Virus record (IMG/VR): IMGVR_UViG_3300032216_001476
Coordinates: 31,137-95,136 of that record
DNA length: 64,000 bases
Direction: 5' to 3' (one strand)
Source: a virus
Lineage: Duplodnaviria; Caudoviricetes
This document shows, one piece after another, positions 36,168 to 46,956 of the stretch. The position numbers were made by a program, and so were the translations under genes. The notes under the pieces are model-generated. The model did not search any database, was not told the origin of the DNA, and saw only the letters and a list, made by a program, of their open reading frames with translations. The stretch's first letter is position 1. Every line of letters begins with the position of its first letter.

Positions 36168-39100
36168 TTATGATTTACATTGATTTTCTAAATAAAATTC
36201 ATTTGGTAGTTCTGATCTTACAAACTCATCTGTTCTTACAGACTTCAATATATTTTTAAAATCAGGTTCAATAAAGTTTTCTTTTGGTTCACCTATTCTA
36301 TCTGTAACAATATAAAGTTTTTCTCTAGCACGTGACACTGAAGTATACATGGATTGAGCATATGATTTAGGAGTTAAAACATAATCACCATTATTACCTT
36401 GAAAAACATGTTTTCTTATATTTTCTTCATTTACAAATACATGATTATATGTTTGTCCTTGAACCTTATGTGAATTAACTATATATCCATGTTCAACATT
36501 CATAAACTCAGGATCACTTTTGAAAGAATAATAATTTTTAAATGGTATAAATACATTCTCATTTCTACCATCTTTTATTAAAAATCCTCTAGTCATCCTA
36601 CCATTTACAGAACTTTCAGCGACATTGCTATCATTAAACTGCAACATGAATTTATAATCAGGTAAAAAGAATGATACAATATTTTCTCCAGTATTAACTG
36701 TTAAATTTTTTCCTGGAACTTCCAATTTAAAATCTTTTCCTACATTAAATATTTTATTTTTAGGAATAGCTGATTGTACTACTAATCTTTGATTACCTGA
36801 TATCTCTATATTCTCTCCTGTATTTACATCTTTTGTAGCAAAAACAGGTATTTTAGATATTATTATATCAGATTCTACAACAAATTCTCCAGAAATAAAC
36901 TTACTACCTAAAAAGTCTTTACGTACTTTAAAACTTTTTTCAATTGTGTTTTTATGATTTTCATTGTTGTAATGAATGTAAACTGCGTTCCTTGGATTTA
37001 AAGGATCTCTTTTTAAAGTATTAACATATCTTTCAAGCATCTGATTATCATTACTACTAAATAAAATATTAGCAGATGTTTTTGTATGATCAGCTTTCAA
37101 GAAAGATTGTGGAGAAAGTTGAGTATTATAAGAGTTAATATTTTTTTCTAGATTTTCATTATAGTAATCAATACCTCTCCTATACAAAATACCCAAATCT
37201 GTAATATCTTGATTCTTAGTTCTTTCTACTTTAATTAAACCTACACTCTTATCTTTTTCTTTCATTAAATTAATTGCCCAACCATCTTTATCATTTATTT
37301 CACCTACAGGTGGTATTTGTGCATAATCTCCCATAAAAAGAAACAAAGGAGATTCTTTACCAAGAAGACCTTTTCTTTCTTGTATTCTTAATTTTAAAGC
37401 TTCAATTTCTCTTGTACCAATCATTGAAGATTCATCAATAATAACTATATCATCTTTAAAAATTTTAGGAAGTAGTCTTTCGTCTAATTCACCAGTTTTT
37501 TTATCTTTAAACTCATCAATATCAATTAATACAAATTCTTCATTACCATATTTATCCATTTTAGGTCTTATACCAAGATATGATGCAAAAGTTGCTGCAG
37601 ATTTATTACCTGCTCTTTTTAATTCATTTTTTGCAGTGTGTGATGGTGCACAGTAACCAATAGATGCATTCTTTAATTTTTGTATTTTTGATGTTGCATT
37701 ACCAATACATGCTGTTTTACCAGTACCACCAGGACCATACAACAAGAAAGAATTCGTAAACAAATCTTGAGTTGTCACAGTTTTAGAAAGATGTTCTACA
37801 ACAGCATCAATTGCAATTATTTGTTGTTCATTAGCTTTAAATTGACCATTAGGTGTAAGTAAAGTATAAGGATCTCCTTTTTTATTACCACTGTCTTCAC
37901 TTGGAGGTTTAACACTAGGTTCATTAGGATCACCTGATAAATCATTATCATCACTATGATCTTGAATATCTGGTTCTGTAATAACTCTTACAATGTTATC
38001 AATACTATTTTTAAGAACAGAATTATTTATCAAATCAATACCTAATGTTTTTGCAAGTGATTTAAACAGATTAGCTAACAATTCTTTAAATCTTTCAAAT
38101 ACACTTTGATTTTTAATTTCATCATATAATGTATTATTCATTTTCATTTGAAATGCTCTATCAGTCATCATCATACTTACAAACTCATCCATATTTGTTA
38201 ATCCATAATACATAGACTTTTCATAAGATGAAAGAGAGGCATCATTGTCTTTTAATTTTTCAATGATTTCTAGAAGTTTAGGTCCCTCATTAGGATTACT
38301 TAAAATCTTAGTTCTAACATCATTAAACATATTCTCTATGTTCTTAATAAAAATTAACTGATTTTTATTAAGTGTAACCTTGTCAGTTCTATATCTCTTT
38401 AAAAGATCCTGTGTTAGTTTATGCATTAATTCATGCATAATAACAGTTTCAATATTATCAGTTTCAGATAACTTAGGATTATCTTTTCTTGCTAAAACAT
38501 GATTTATTTTTATTGAACCATTTATATATGCACCTGGATGATTTATCTTATCAGTTAATTCTATAACTGTATTCTTAATATCAACTTGTGCATCTGCAAG
38601 TAGTTTAATAAAGTTTTTATAAAAATTGTTACTTGTAGTTTTGTATAAACTATTTAAAACACTACTTAAAGTGTTTTTACCAAATACATTAAATATTCTA
38701 TTTAAAACTATATCGTTTTCAAATGAGTATTGACTAGTTGTTACACCTACACCAAATATACCAGCTAATCTATCATCAGTGGGTACGGGAGCATCCAGTT
38801 GATCTAAATACAATTCTGATTCATCATCTGCATTTTCAACAGAAGACTCTGGTTCTGTAGGTACAAAATCATCTTGTATTTCTAGATTTTCTTTTAGACT
38901 ACTTACATCATCTCCTGGATTAATATATTGACTTGCTACACTATATAATTCTGGATCTTTATTATTTACCAAGTCTGCTAACAAATCAGCATGAGAATAA
39001 TATCCACCTTCTATCACTGTACCATCAAGATTTTCAAGACGAGATGGTTTGTAATATAAAAGTTTCTTTCCATCAAGATTACCAGATATTATTTGTTTTA

Positions 39101-42100
39101 ATATCCATTCTCTTTGTTTTGGATATAAGTCAGTATAATGTTTTCCTAATAACCAGTTATAATAATAACTTAAAGCTTGTTCGTCATTATTAACTTTTAT
39201 TAACTTATCATAGTTTGCATTAGGTCTTACAGAACCAACAAATGGATTACCAAAATGCTGATCTGTATTGTTTTTTCTCATTACATTTACACCACTATCA
39301 GAATATACAGGTAAACTTTTAACACTAGAATAAGAACTAAAATCTTCAACAGTTGTCAACTTAGTTGCCACTTTATTTCTTAACGAATCTGCTAATGCTA
39401 TAATAGCTTTCTTATCACCATTATCATCTTTCCATTTCATAATATCTCCTGTTCTTCCAGATATTATAGCATTTCTTTCATTAACTACATATTTATTATT
39501 TCTATAGTTAACTACTACAGCTCTTCCTTGTTTTACAGCTGCATTTGCAAATATTTTATTTCTATCTCTAGATGCAGTTTTAAATACTTCTTCGTTTTTT
39601 TTATTAAAGATTTTATCTCCAATAATTGTATATGTTTGTTTAGTTTTACCAACAGGCGTATAGTCTATAGTAATAGCACCTTCCTTTTGAGCTATTGTAT
39701 TAGACTCAGTTGGGGGTGTTTGTTTATTAACTAAATATTGTTCACCTAATTCTACTGCTTCTTTTAAAGTATCTATGTATTCTCCAATAATACCATCTTC
39801 AGAATCTTCTACATCATACTGATTATTAATAAGCATAATATTTACTCCCTTCTCTTTCAGTATATTAGTTCTGTCATTTAAATCTTTTTTTTCATCAGAC
39901 TCTGATAATTCAGGAGAAGGTGGTGTACCTATACCAAAAATAAAACCTGCATCCATTGCTTCAGTACCCTCTGGTGCATCAAAATCATAATCATCATAAT
40001 TTATTTCATCCCCACTACTTAGTTCACCTTCATAACCATTTTCCATATCTTGAATATCTGGACCATCACCAGGTAGTTCAGGTACAGTACCATTTATAAA
40101 GTATTGTGATAGATCTTCTGGTTGATTATTTTTTATAGCATTTCTTTGAGGTACAGTTAAGTTATTAAATATAAGAGATACTACATTGGGATCTCCCATT
40201 GAATATTCTGTAAAACCACTTTTAGTAGTACCTAATGTATTTATTCTTTTATAGTTACCAACATCAGAGTTTGATTTATCTCTCTCGTATAAAAATACTA
40301 TACCAGATTCTGAATCTGTAAACGATAGATAATCAGCAAACTTTTTACCATATCCTTCTGTTTTAATTCTATCTACCAAAATAGCTTCATGTCTAGGGTC
40401 ATTTCTATCTATTGTAAAAGCTTCAAAGTTTTTTAAACTATTTACAATATTATATGGCAATGAGGTAGCCATATCAGGGTTGTTTTGTATAAATTGTTTA
40501 TAGAAGTTATCCTTGTTTTCATATAACATAGTAGGAAGAACATTTATACCTTTTATAAAATCTTCATCTGATATAAAATATTCTATAGGAATAAACTTAC
40601 CAAAACTTGTACTTGTCTGATTAGCTCCAGTTATAAAAGAATATAAAGCTAGATCTTTTGCTATTTGTATTAACTCATCATTGTTACTGAATATAAGACT
40701 CAAAAATCCTTTGTTGTTTTCAAGTTCATCAATATCACCAAAAGGATTATTATAAAGTACTTGACTAGTACCACCTTCTGTAGTGGATATATTAGTGTTC
40801 AATCTTCTAATAAAATAGTTCTCTGCTAACTCTGGATATTTAGTTTTAGCATTTACTATTCTTTGAGCTAATGAAGGACTTTCTTTTGTTTCTTGAAGAA
40901 GTCTTCTTCTTTCTTCAGTGACATCATCAGTTATATCTAAACTTGGACTTGAATATAGATAAGATCTAATTGCTTTAAACAGTCTACTATTTATTTCTAT
41001 AAATCTTTGTTTACCAACACTTCTTTTGTCTATCTTTCTGCCGTTAAAGATTAAACTAGAAATATTAAAATATAAAGAACTAAAGTGTAATGGAAACAAT
41101 TGTCTGTATAAATCTTCACCTAGCATCAAAGATCTTTCAATACTATGACCTATCTCTCCTTTAGGACTAGAAATATAGGTTCTACCTACAGCTTCATCAT
41201 ACATCACTTCACCCGCAAGCTGTTCGAGATTTAAAAACTTCTTATTTTGATTTAAGTTTCCTAACTTATTTAAGTTACTCATTAATTCAAAAACACTACT
41301 ACCAATACCCTTGGTGTATATATAAGAAGCTCCAATTATACCTGTAAGCTCACCACCTAAATCATTAAATCTTACAAACAAATCAAGTAGGTCAATTTGT
41401 TTTTCAGCAAACTCATTTAACCTCTTTCTTAATTTAGCTTTTTCAATAAGATCTAAAGATGGGTCATCTACAAGTTTTTGTATATTTGGTATTTCTATAC
41501 TCTCTTTTAAAAGATCTAAAAGATTATTTTGACCAAATAATGTAGGAGTTCTTTTAAGTGCATTTAAAGGATCTTTAAGTTCAAGAACTCTATCTTCAGA
41601 CATCATTTTATAATACTTATCTTTTAGTTCTTCAATTATAACATTTCTTGAATCAGCTACATAAGTACTAAGACTATCTCTTGATACTTGGGTTTTAGAA
41701 ACCCACTCTTCTATTATAGGTTGTTTAAAAAATCTAGTTGCAAATTTTATACTTAATATACTATTACTATCATCAGAAAGAGCTATCATCGCAGTAATAG
41801 CTGGCATAACTTCTTCTGCCCAGTTAAATCTATAAAGATTTTTATTTTTAGCGTTATCCACTGATTCAGAAAGTAATATTGAGTTGTTATCAATCTTTGT
41901 TCTCACTGAATCTTCTAGATTACCTTTTTTATCTTTTTGCTTTACAGTTGTTTCACCTGCTTCTGTTATCTTAGTAAGAGACATCACTTTATTGTTTTCA
42001 TCTAAGACATCAATAAAGTCTTGTACCACCTCCTCGTTTTCATCCACTCTAGCAATTACTATTTGTTTATCTTGATTATCTGCAAGAAAAGATCCTAATG

Positions 42101-45100
42101 ATGCAAATATTCCCACACCTGCTTTACCACTTCTGTTATCATTAAAGATTTTAATTTGTTCTTCAGGATCCATAGGAAGATAACTATCATCAGAGTCATA
42201 TAAACCTAATTTCTCTAGTTCTGCCACTTCATTTTTAACATCATCAAAATCAATAGATTTTGTAATCTTTTCAAATGCTTTTGGATGTGTTAATACTTCC
42301 CAATGAATATCTCTATATAACTGATGTAATTGATCATCTGATAAATCTGATAAACTAGTCCAGTCACCTTTGTACTTATCTAAATTATAAGATACAGTTT
42401 CAACACCTATTATATTTTCAGTTTTAAGCTTTCTTTTATTTTCTTTAAGTTTAGCTATTTCTTTTTTAGCTTTTTCTTTATTTAAAAGTTGCTGTTGCTG
42501 TAATATTAAATACTGTTCGTTATTAATAGACTTCAGATTTTCATAAAGAGCTTCAATAACATTGTCAATCTTATCAATAATTTTTTGCTTACGAGATTTT
42601 TCTTTCTCGCTTATATTCCATTTTAACTTACTTATAATTGCATTCTTATCTTCTTTTAATTTCTTGATTTCAGTTTGATCAGCACTACTTAAGTAATTTT
42701 TAAACAATTCAGTGTTTGTATTTTCTAATTGATTCTTGATGTTTAATATACTCTTGTCAATTTCAATAAGAGATTTATTAATATCAGATGAGTATTTAAA
42801 CTTCATTGTACTTAAGTATGCATAAAGTTTATCTACGTCAAAATCAGAACCCATTTGTTTTGTTATACCATTGGGTACAACTACTGTATTCTCCATATAA
42901 GAAGGAAGAAATCCTACCACCTCAATAGGTAGCATAGAAGACAAACCTTGGTTAGGAATACGTGAAGCTACTAGTTGGAACATCTCTTTACTAAATTTAC
43001 TAGTATCAAGCATCTTCCTATTAGTTTTAGGATCGGTAATCACAAACTTTTCTAAGTCTATTAAATTACCTTCATCATCTGTAATAAATTGACTAACAAT
43101 AACTTGTGCAGCTTCTATTTTTCCAGCTGTAATATTACCATTTGAATCAATACTATCTTGTGTCTTTCTTAAATATTCCAAACCTTTTTTACTATCATAT
43201 CCAGGAAGCCATATTATTTCATTCTTGGTTTTTTTAGTTAAGTCAGAAAATTCAAATTTATGATTAACACCTGTCACCTGTACTAATGAGGTACCAGGAT
43301 TCTTTAACTGCACTACTTTATTTACCAATGAGTTTATAAGACCTTCAAACTTCTCACCCCTTTGCATCATATACAAAGGAATAATAAACTCTCCATTCTT
43401 TCCTAACTTAATAGACTCAATATCATTAATAGAAAAGTTCCTTTCAATCGCCTCTTCTTTTAGAAGTATCTCTAATGCTTTCTTATTTTTAAAAGTAAAG
43501 TTTCCTTTTTTATCTACAGTTACTCCTAGTTTTGCAAGAAGTTCATTTTTAGAATTCTCAAAAAGATTGATACGTACATTCTCTTTTAGATTTTTTAAAT
43601 CTTTACCAGATAGTTGTTTATTAGAAATATAAAAATCACTTACATCAAGTAAACCTTCAAACAATACACGATTAGCTTGTGATATATTTCTAATCTCTTC
43701 TTTTTGTCCAGGTATTTCTTGCTGTGTACGTAGACCTTCTCTACTTAAAGTTTGTTTACTATTGTCAAAAGCTTTATCATTAGGTCTAACAAATTTACCT
43801 TCTTTATCAAATAACTTTATTACTTCACCAGGTTGTCCAGTTTTTTTAGCTGTTTTAAAATTACCTGATCGTATTTCTTTTTCATGAAAATATTTAGCTA
43901 AATCTTCTAAAGGTGAATTAGCAATTACTTCAGGAATTAAAGGATAAGTAGAAGACTTTACATAGTCTATCCTATTAAAGTTATTATTTACATCAAAATC
44001 ATTTGTATGAACAGGTTTAGTTGGTTGTAGTACAACTTCTTTTTCTCTTGGAGATAAAGTTATTTGTCCATCTTTAGAAGCTAGAATTCTATCAGTAATA
44101 CTTTGCCATATATCTAAAGGTATTCTTCCTTCACTCATTAATCTATCTATATGCTCTTGTAATGTTATATATTCCTGAGCATCTGTAGATTCAATACCAT
44201 TAAACAATTCTGTATCTAATATAATATCTTCTATAGTTACTGCATAATATGAACTCCTATCTACAACATCACCTTTCTCATCATACCATGTCCAGTTACC
44301 CTGTGATCCAGGTGCAATAAACATAGCAGCACGTTTAGAGAATTCATCCATTGTAGATTTAACTAATGTAATCTTCTCTTTGAGTGTTAATTGAGTAATG
44401 TTTTTACCTTTAACTATAGGATTTTCTTTATAAAACAAAGCAGGATCAGCACCAAGTATTTGCATTGCAGTCACCTGACTTCTTATATAATTAAATTTAA
44501 ATTCAGCAACACCGTATATAAGTTTCTGTATATTAGACAAATTAAGAATCTCATCTTGTGCTAAGTATTTAGCACTAAATGCTTTATCTAAAACTAAATT
44601 TATTTTACCATCTTCACCTTGAACTTTTGTTACTAAATTTAACCTTATTAATTTCTTTATTGTTGAAGTGATTTGTTTTTTGAAGACATCAGTAATAAGA
44701 CTTTTTATATAAGTCTTATCTTCATCTGATGGCATCTCACCATTAAACATTCTATCTCTTATTTCTTCCATCCTAGCACCATCTTTATCAAGACTGCTTT
44801 TATTTAGTATTGGAAATAAATAAAAATATTGATAAGCTTTATCAAAATTTGCTTGAATTTTCTGAGTACTATCTGATTTTAATTTTTTAGAATAACTAAC
44901 AATACGATTTATTTCAGATTCAGCTAAGTTGTATAATTCATTTTTCAAGCTGTTCTGAATTTCATAGTAGTCATCTAAATTGGTAGTATCAACAGGAGAT
45001 GTAACAAACTGAATATCTTTTGAAGATCTGTTTTGTTTAGCATCATTAAGTTTATACTTAGTTAAATTAATAATAGGTACGGTGGTCTTATCAGATAAAG

Positions 45101-46955
45101 TGAATAAATTATAATGACCACTGTTAGCTCCTTCATTTTGATGTTTTTGAAGAGCTTCAAACAACTGTTCTCTTTCAGATTGATTCTTACGAACAACGGC
45201 ATCTTTGTTTTTACCGCTCTTCTTCATACTATCTGCATATGTAAATTCTAATACTACATTATTAGTATCTTCTTTTTTAGATTTATTATATGCATTTAAA
45301 TAATTTGAAGTACTAGCAAACGCACGAGTTAAAACCTTATCAATAAAACCACTATTATACTTAATCTTCTTTTTTACTTGTTCTAAATATGTAGGATTGA
45401 TAAAAGCATAAATAGATTTGTTCTCACCATTTCTAGAAGAACCTGTGTGATATCTGTTAGGAGTAAACTTATAATATATTTCAGCTAGTTTTTTAAAACT
45501 ACTAGACTGATCTTTCATTGCATTATTTACGTCTTCGTATAGTGTTTCTGATTTTCCTGATGATGGTTTATTATATTGCTCTACCAATATATTAAAGAAG
45601 TTATTTGGTAGAAACATTTGTGCAAAGTTCATATTCAAATTATTCTTTGCAAAACTTTTAGAATTAGCTTCACTTTCTAATTCATCTATCATTTGGTCAG
45701 TAAACTCAATACCAATTTCTGATAAGAATTGTTTTACCCACGCTTTCTTTTCATCCATTGATCTGCTTTGTCTAGCAGTTTCTATAGATTTTTGAAACTC
45801 TTTAGCTTTATCATTATCAATTATGAGCTCACCATTCTTAGTGGTTACTATGTTAGAATTCTTTTGTTGCTCTAACCAGTCGTTATATATTTGAAGTATA
45901 GTAGAATTCCTGTTTGATTTTATTATTTCTGTTTTAACACCACCAACACTATCATCCCATTTAACAAGAGTTTGTTCTTGATAAGCTTTATTTGCAAATG
46001 TTAAAATCTCCTGTAACAATTGTATATTGTTAGTAGCTTTTAAATTTGCAAGTTGCTTTTTAACCTCTAATAAATAAGGTCTGTATTTAGATCTGTTATC
46101 AAGTTCACTTATAAAATTTTCAAAGTTTATTTTTTCTAACTCCGAACCTATCTCTAAAAAATTCTCAACAATGTCATCATAAGGTACATATTCTTTAATA
46201 CCTAATGAATTCATTTTATCAGATGGTATTCTAGCAAAAAATAACTTTACACGTGTACTAGCTGTATCACGAGGATTCATCATAAAAGAACTACCATCTT
46301 CAAAAGTTTCCATGATAGTTCTTTCATCTTCTGTTACATTTTCAGAAGACATACCCTCCTCAACTAAATTTTTAAAATATGCTTCATCAAGTTTTAACTC
46401 TTGAAACTTACCATCTCCCTCACTTACATTAAGACCATACTTTCGTAAGTTTATCTTAACCTTTTGTTTAAATCCTTCAAAGTTATCTATGACATTTGTA
46501 AATATATCGTAACGTTCTTTTATATCAGCAACTGTTGAAACGTAGTTTAATTCTTTAAACTTGTTTGTATATTCAGGTCTAGATTTAGCAAGTTGAACTT
46601 TTTCATCAGTATCTAAACGTGAAAGCAAATAGTCATATATTTTTTTAGATACTTCAAACTTTGCTAATGTTTTTAAGAAAGCATCACTAGGTGTTAACTT
46701 TATTTCCATACTTGGTTTTAATACACCAAGTTGATCAAGTACATCAGTTGTAATACTATTTATAAATATGTTTTCTTGATATGGACTAAACAAATCAAGA
46801 TTTACAAATCTACTACCTGCTTCTTTTTTTAATACTTCTATTGTCTCATCTATAGATCTAGTACGAACAGACATTAAAGCACTAGAAGCATCTACTAGTT
46901 TCAAAAGTTCTTTCTCACTATATTGTTTTCCGTTAAGTACGTATTTACAGCTCAT
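36168..46955 (-). CDS. virion RNA polymerase (two-barrel, crAss-like) with fused DUF4326-like, zincin and SF1B helicase domains
   Basis: RIPNQGLSS..GSDFDVDKL (DFDVD at 42831-42845), TDAQ, KP..K, DNAK; HELMH; GPGGTGKT/IIDESSM/GDYAQIPPV/HKVQGQT/YTSVSRAR. Confidence 0.92.
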   Translation of the reverse strand: MSCKYVLNGKQYSEKELLKLVDASSALMSVRTRSIDETIEVLKKEAGSRFVNLDLFSPYQENIFINSITTDVLDQLGVLKPSMEIKLTPSDAFLKTLAKFEVSKKIYDYLLSRLDTDEKVQLAKSRPEYTNKFKELNYVSTVADIKERYDIFTNVIDNFEGFKQKVKINLRKYGLNVSEGDGKFQELKLDEAYFKNLVEEGMSSENVTEDERTIMETFEDGSSFMMNPRDTASTRVKLFFARIPSDKMNSLGIKEYVPYDDIVENFLEIGSELEKINFENFISELDNRSKYRPYLLEVKKQLANLKATNNIQLLQEILTFANKAYQEQTLVKWDDSVGGVKTEIIKSNRNSTILQIYNDWLEQQKNSNIVTTKNGELIIDNDKAKEFQKSIETARQSRSMDEKKAWVKQFLSEIGIEFTDQMIDELESEANSKSFAKNNLNMNFAQMFLPNNFFNILVEQYNKPSSGKSETLYEDVNNAMKDQSSSFKKLAEIYYKFTPNRYHTGSSRNGENKSIYAFINPTYLEQVKKKIKYNSGFIDKVLTRAFASTSNYLNAYNKSKKEDTNNVVLEFTYADSMKKSGKNKDAVVRKNQSEREQLFEALQKHQNEGANSGHYNLFTLSDKTTVPIINLTKYKLNDAKQNRSSKDIQFVTSPVDTTNLDDYYEIQNSLKNELYNLAESEINRIVSYSKKLKSDSTQKIQANFDKAYQYFYLFPILNKSSLDKDGARMEEIRDRMFNGEMPSDEDKTYIKSLITDVFKKQITSTIKKLIRLNLVTKVQGEDGKINLVLDKAFSAKYLAQDEILNLSNIQKLIYGVAEFKFNYIRSQVTAMQILGADPALFYKENPIVKGKNITQLTLKEKITLVKSTMDEFSKRAAMFIAPGSQGNWTWYDEKGDVVDRSSYYAVTIEDIILDTELFNGIESTDAQEYITLQEHIDRLMSEGRIPLDIWQSITDRILASKDGQITLSPREKEVVLQPTKPVHTNDFDVNNNFNRIDYVKSSTYPLIPEVIANSPLEDLAKYFHEKEIRSGNFKTAKKTGQPGEVIKLFDKEGKFVRPNDKAFDNSKQTLSREGLRTQQEIPGQKEEIRNISQANRVLFEGLLDVSDFYISNKQLSGKDLKNLKENVRINLFENSKNELLAKLGVTVDKKGNFTFKNKKALEILLKEEAIERNFSINDIESIKLGKNGEFIIPLYMMQRGEKFEGLINSLVNKVVQLKNPGTSLVQVTGVNHKFEFSDLTKKTKNEIIWLPGYDSKKGLEYLRKTQDSIDSNGNITAGKIEAAQVIVSQFITDDEGNLIDLEKFVITDPKTNRKMLDTSKFSKEMFQLVASRIPNQGLSSMLPIEVVGFLPSYMENTVVVPNGITKQMGSDFDVDKLYAYLSTMKFKYSSDINKSLIEIDKSILNIKNQLENTNTELFKNYLSSADQTEIKKLKEDKNAIISKLKWNISEKEKSRKQKIIDKIDNVIEALYENLKSINNEQYLILQQQQLLNKEKAKKEIAKLKENKRKLKTENIIGVETVSYNLDKYKGDWTSLSDLSDDQLHQLYRDIHWEVLTHPKAFEKITKSIDFDDVKNEVAELEKLGLYDSDDSYLPMDPEEQIKIFNDNRSGKAGVGIFASLGSFLADNQDKQIVIARVDENEEVVQDFIDVLDENNKVMSLTKITEAGETTVKQKDKKGNLEDSVRTKIDNNSILLSESVDNAKNKNLYRFNWAEEVMPAITAMIALSDDSNSILSIKFATRFFKQPIIEEWVSKTQVSRDSLSTYVADSRNVIIEELKDKYYKMMSEDRVLELKDPLNALKRTPTLFGQNNLLDLLKESIEIPNIQKLVDDPSLDLIEKAKLRKRLNEFAEKQIDLLDLFVRFNDLGGELTGIIGASYIYTKGIGSSVFELMSNLNKLGNLNQNKKFLNLEQLAGEVMYDEAVGRTYISSPKGEIGHSIERSLMLGEDLYRQLFPLHFSSLYFNISSLIFNGRKIDKRSVGKQRFIEINSRLFKAIRSYLYSSPSLDITDDVTEERRRLLQETKESPSLAQRIVNAKTKYPELAENYFIRRLNTNISTTEGGTSQVLYNNPFGDIDELENNKGFLSLIFSNNDELIQIAKDLALYSFITGANQTSTSFGKFIPIEYFISDEDFIKGINVLPTMLYENKDNFYKQFIQNNPDMATSLPYNIVNSLKNFEAFTIDRNDPRHEAILVDRIKTEGYGKKFADYLSFTDSESGIVFLYERDKSNSDVGNYKRINTLGTTKSGFTEYSMGDPNVVSLIFNNLTVPQRNAIKNNQPEDLSQYFINGTVPELPGDGPDIQDMENGYEGELSSGDEINYDDYDFDAPEGTEAMDAGFIFGIGTPPSPELSESDEKKDLNDRTNILKEKGVNIMLINNQYDVEDSEDGIIGEYIDTLKEAVELGEQYLVNKQTPPTESNTIAQKEGAITIDYTPVGKTKQTYTIIGDKIFNKKNEEVFKTASRDRNKIFANAAVKQGRAVVVNYRNNKYVVNERNAIISGRTGDIMKWKDDNGDKKAIIALADSLRNKVATKLTTVEDFSSYSSVKSLPVYSDSGVNVMRKNNTDQHFGNPFVGSVRPNANYDKLIKVNNDEQALSYYYNWLLGKHYTDLYPKQREWILKQIISGNLDGKKLLYYKPSRLENLDGTVIEGGYYSHADLLADLVNNKDPELYSVASQYINPGDDVSSLKENLEIQDDFVPTEPESSVENADDESELYLDQLDAPVPTDDRLAGIFGVGVTTSQYSFENDIVLNRIFNVFGKNTLSSVLNSLYKTTSNNFYKNFIKLLADAQVDIKNTVIELTDKINHPGAYINGSIKINHVLARKDNPKLSETDNIETVIMHELMHKLTQDLLKRYRTDKVTLNKNQLIFIKNIENMFNDVRTKILSNPNEGPKLLEIIEKLKDNDASLSSYEKSMYYGLTNMDEFVSMMMTDRAFQMKMNNTLYDEIKNQSVFERFKELLANLFKSLAKTLGIDLINNSVLKNSIDNIVRVITEPDIQDHSDDNDLSGDPNEPSVKPPSEDSGNKKGDPYTLLTPNGQFKANEQQIIAIDAVVEHLSKTVTTQDLFTNSFLLYGPGGTGKTACIGNATSKIQKLKNASIGYCAPSHTAKNELKRAGNKSAATFASYLGIRPKMDKYGNEEFVLIDIDEFKDKKTGELDERLLPKIFKDDIVIIDESSMIGTREIEALKLRIQERKGLLGKESPLFLFMGDYAQIPPVGEINDKDGWAINLMKEKDKSVGLIKVERTKNQDITDLGILYRRGIDYYNENLEKNINSYNTQLSPQSFLKADHTKTSANILFSSNDNQMLERYVNTLKRDPLNPRNAVYIHYNNENHKNTIEKSFKVRKDFLGSKFISGEFVVESDIIISKIPVFATKDVNTGENIEISGNQRLVVQSAIPKNKIFNVGKDFKLEVPGKNLTVNTGENIVSFFLPDYKFMLQFNDSNVAESSVNGRMTRGFLIKDGRNENVFIPFKNYYSFKSDPEFMNVEHGYIVNSHKVQGQTYNHVFVNEENIRKHVFQGNNGDYVLTPKSYAQSMYTSVSRAREKLYIVTDRIGEPKENFIEPDFKNILKSVRTDEFVRSELPNEFYLENQCKS

Positions 46956-46956
46956 A

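Noticed and set aside
24228-46955. Inteins or group I/II introns in the polymerase or vRNAP
   Set aside because: ORFs are continuous, with no intein C..HN-C/S/T junctions or LAGLIDADG motifs seen.
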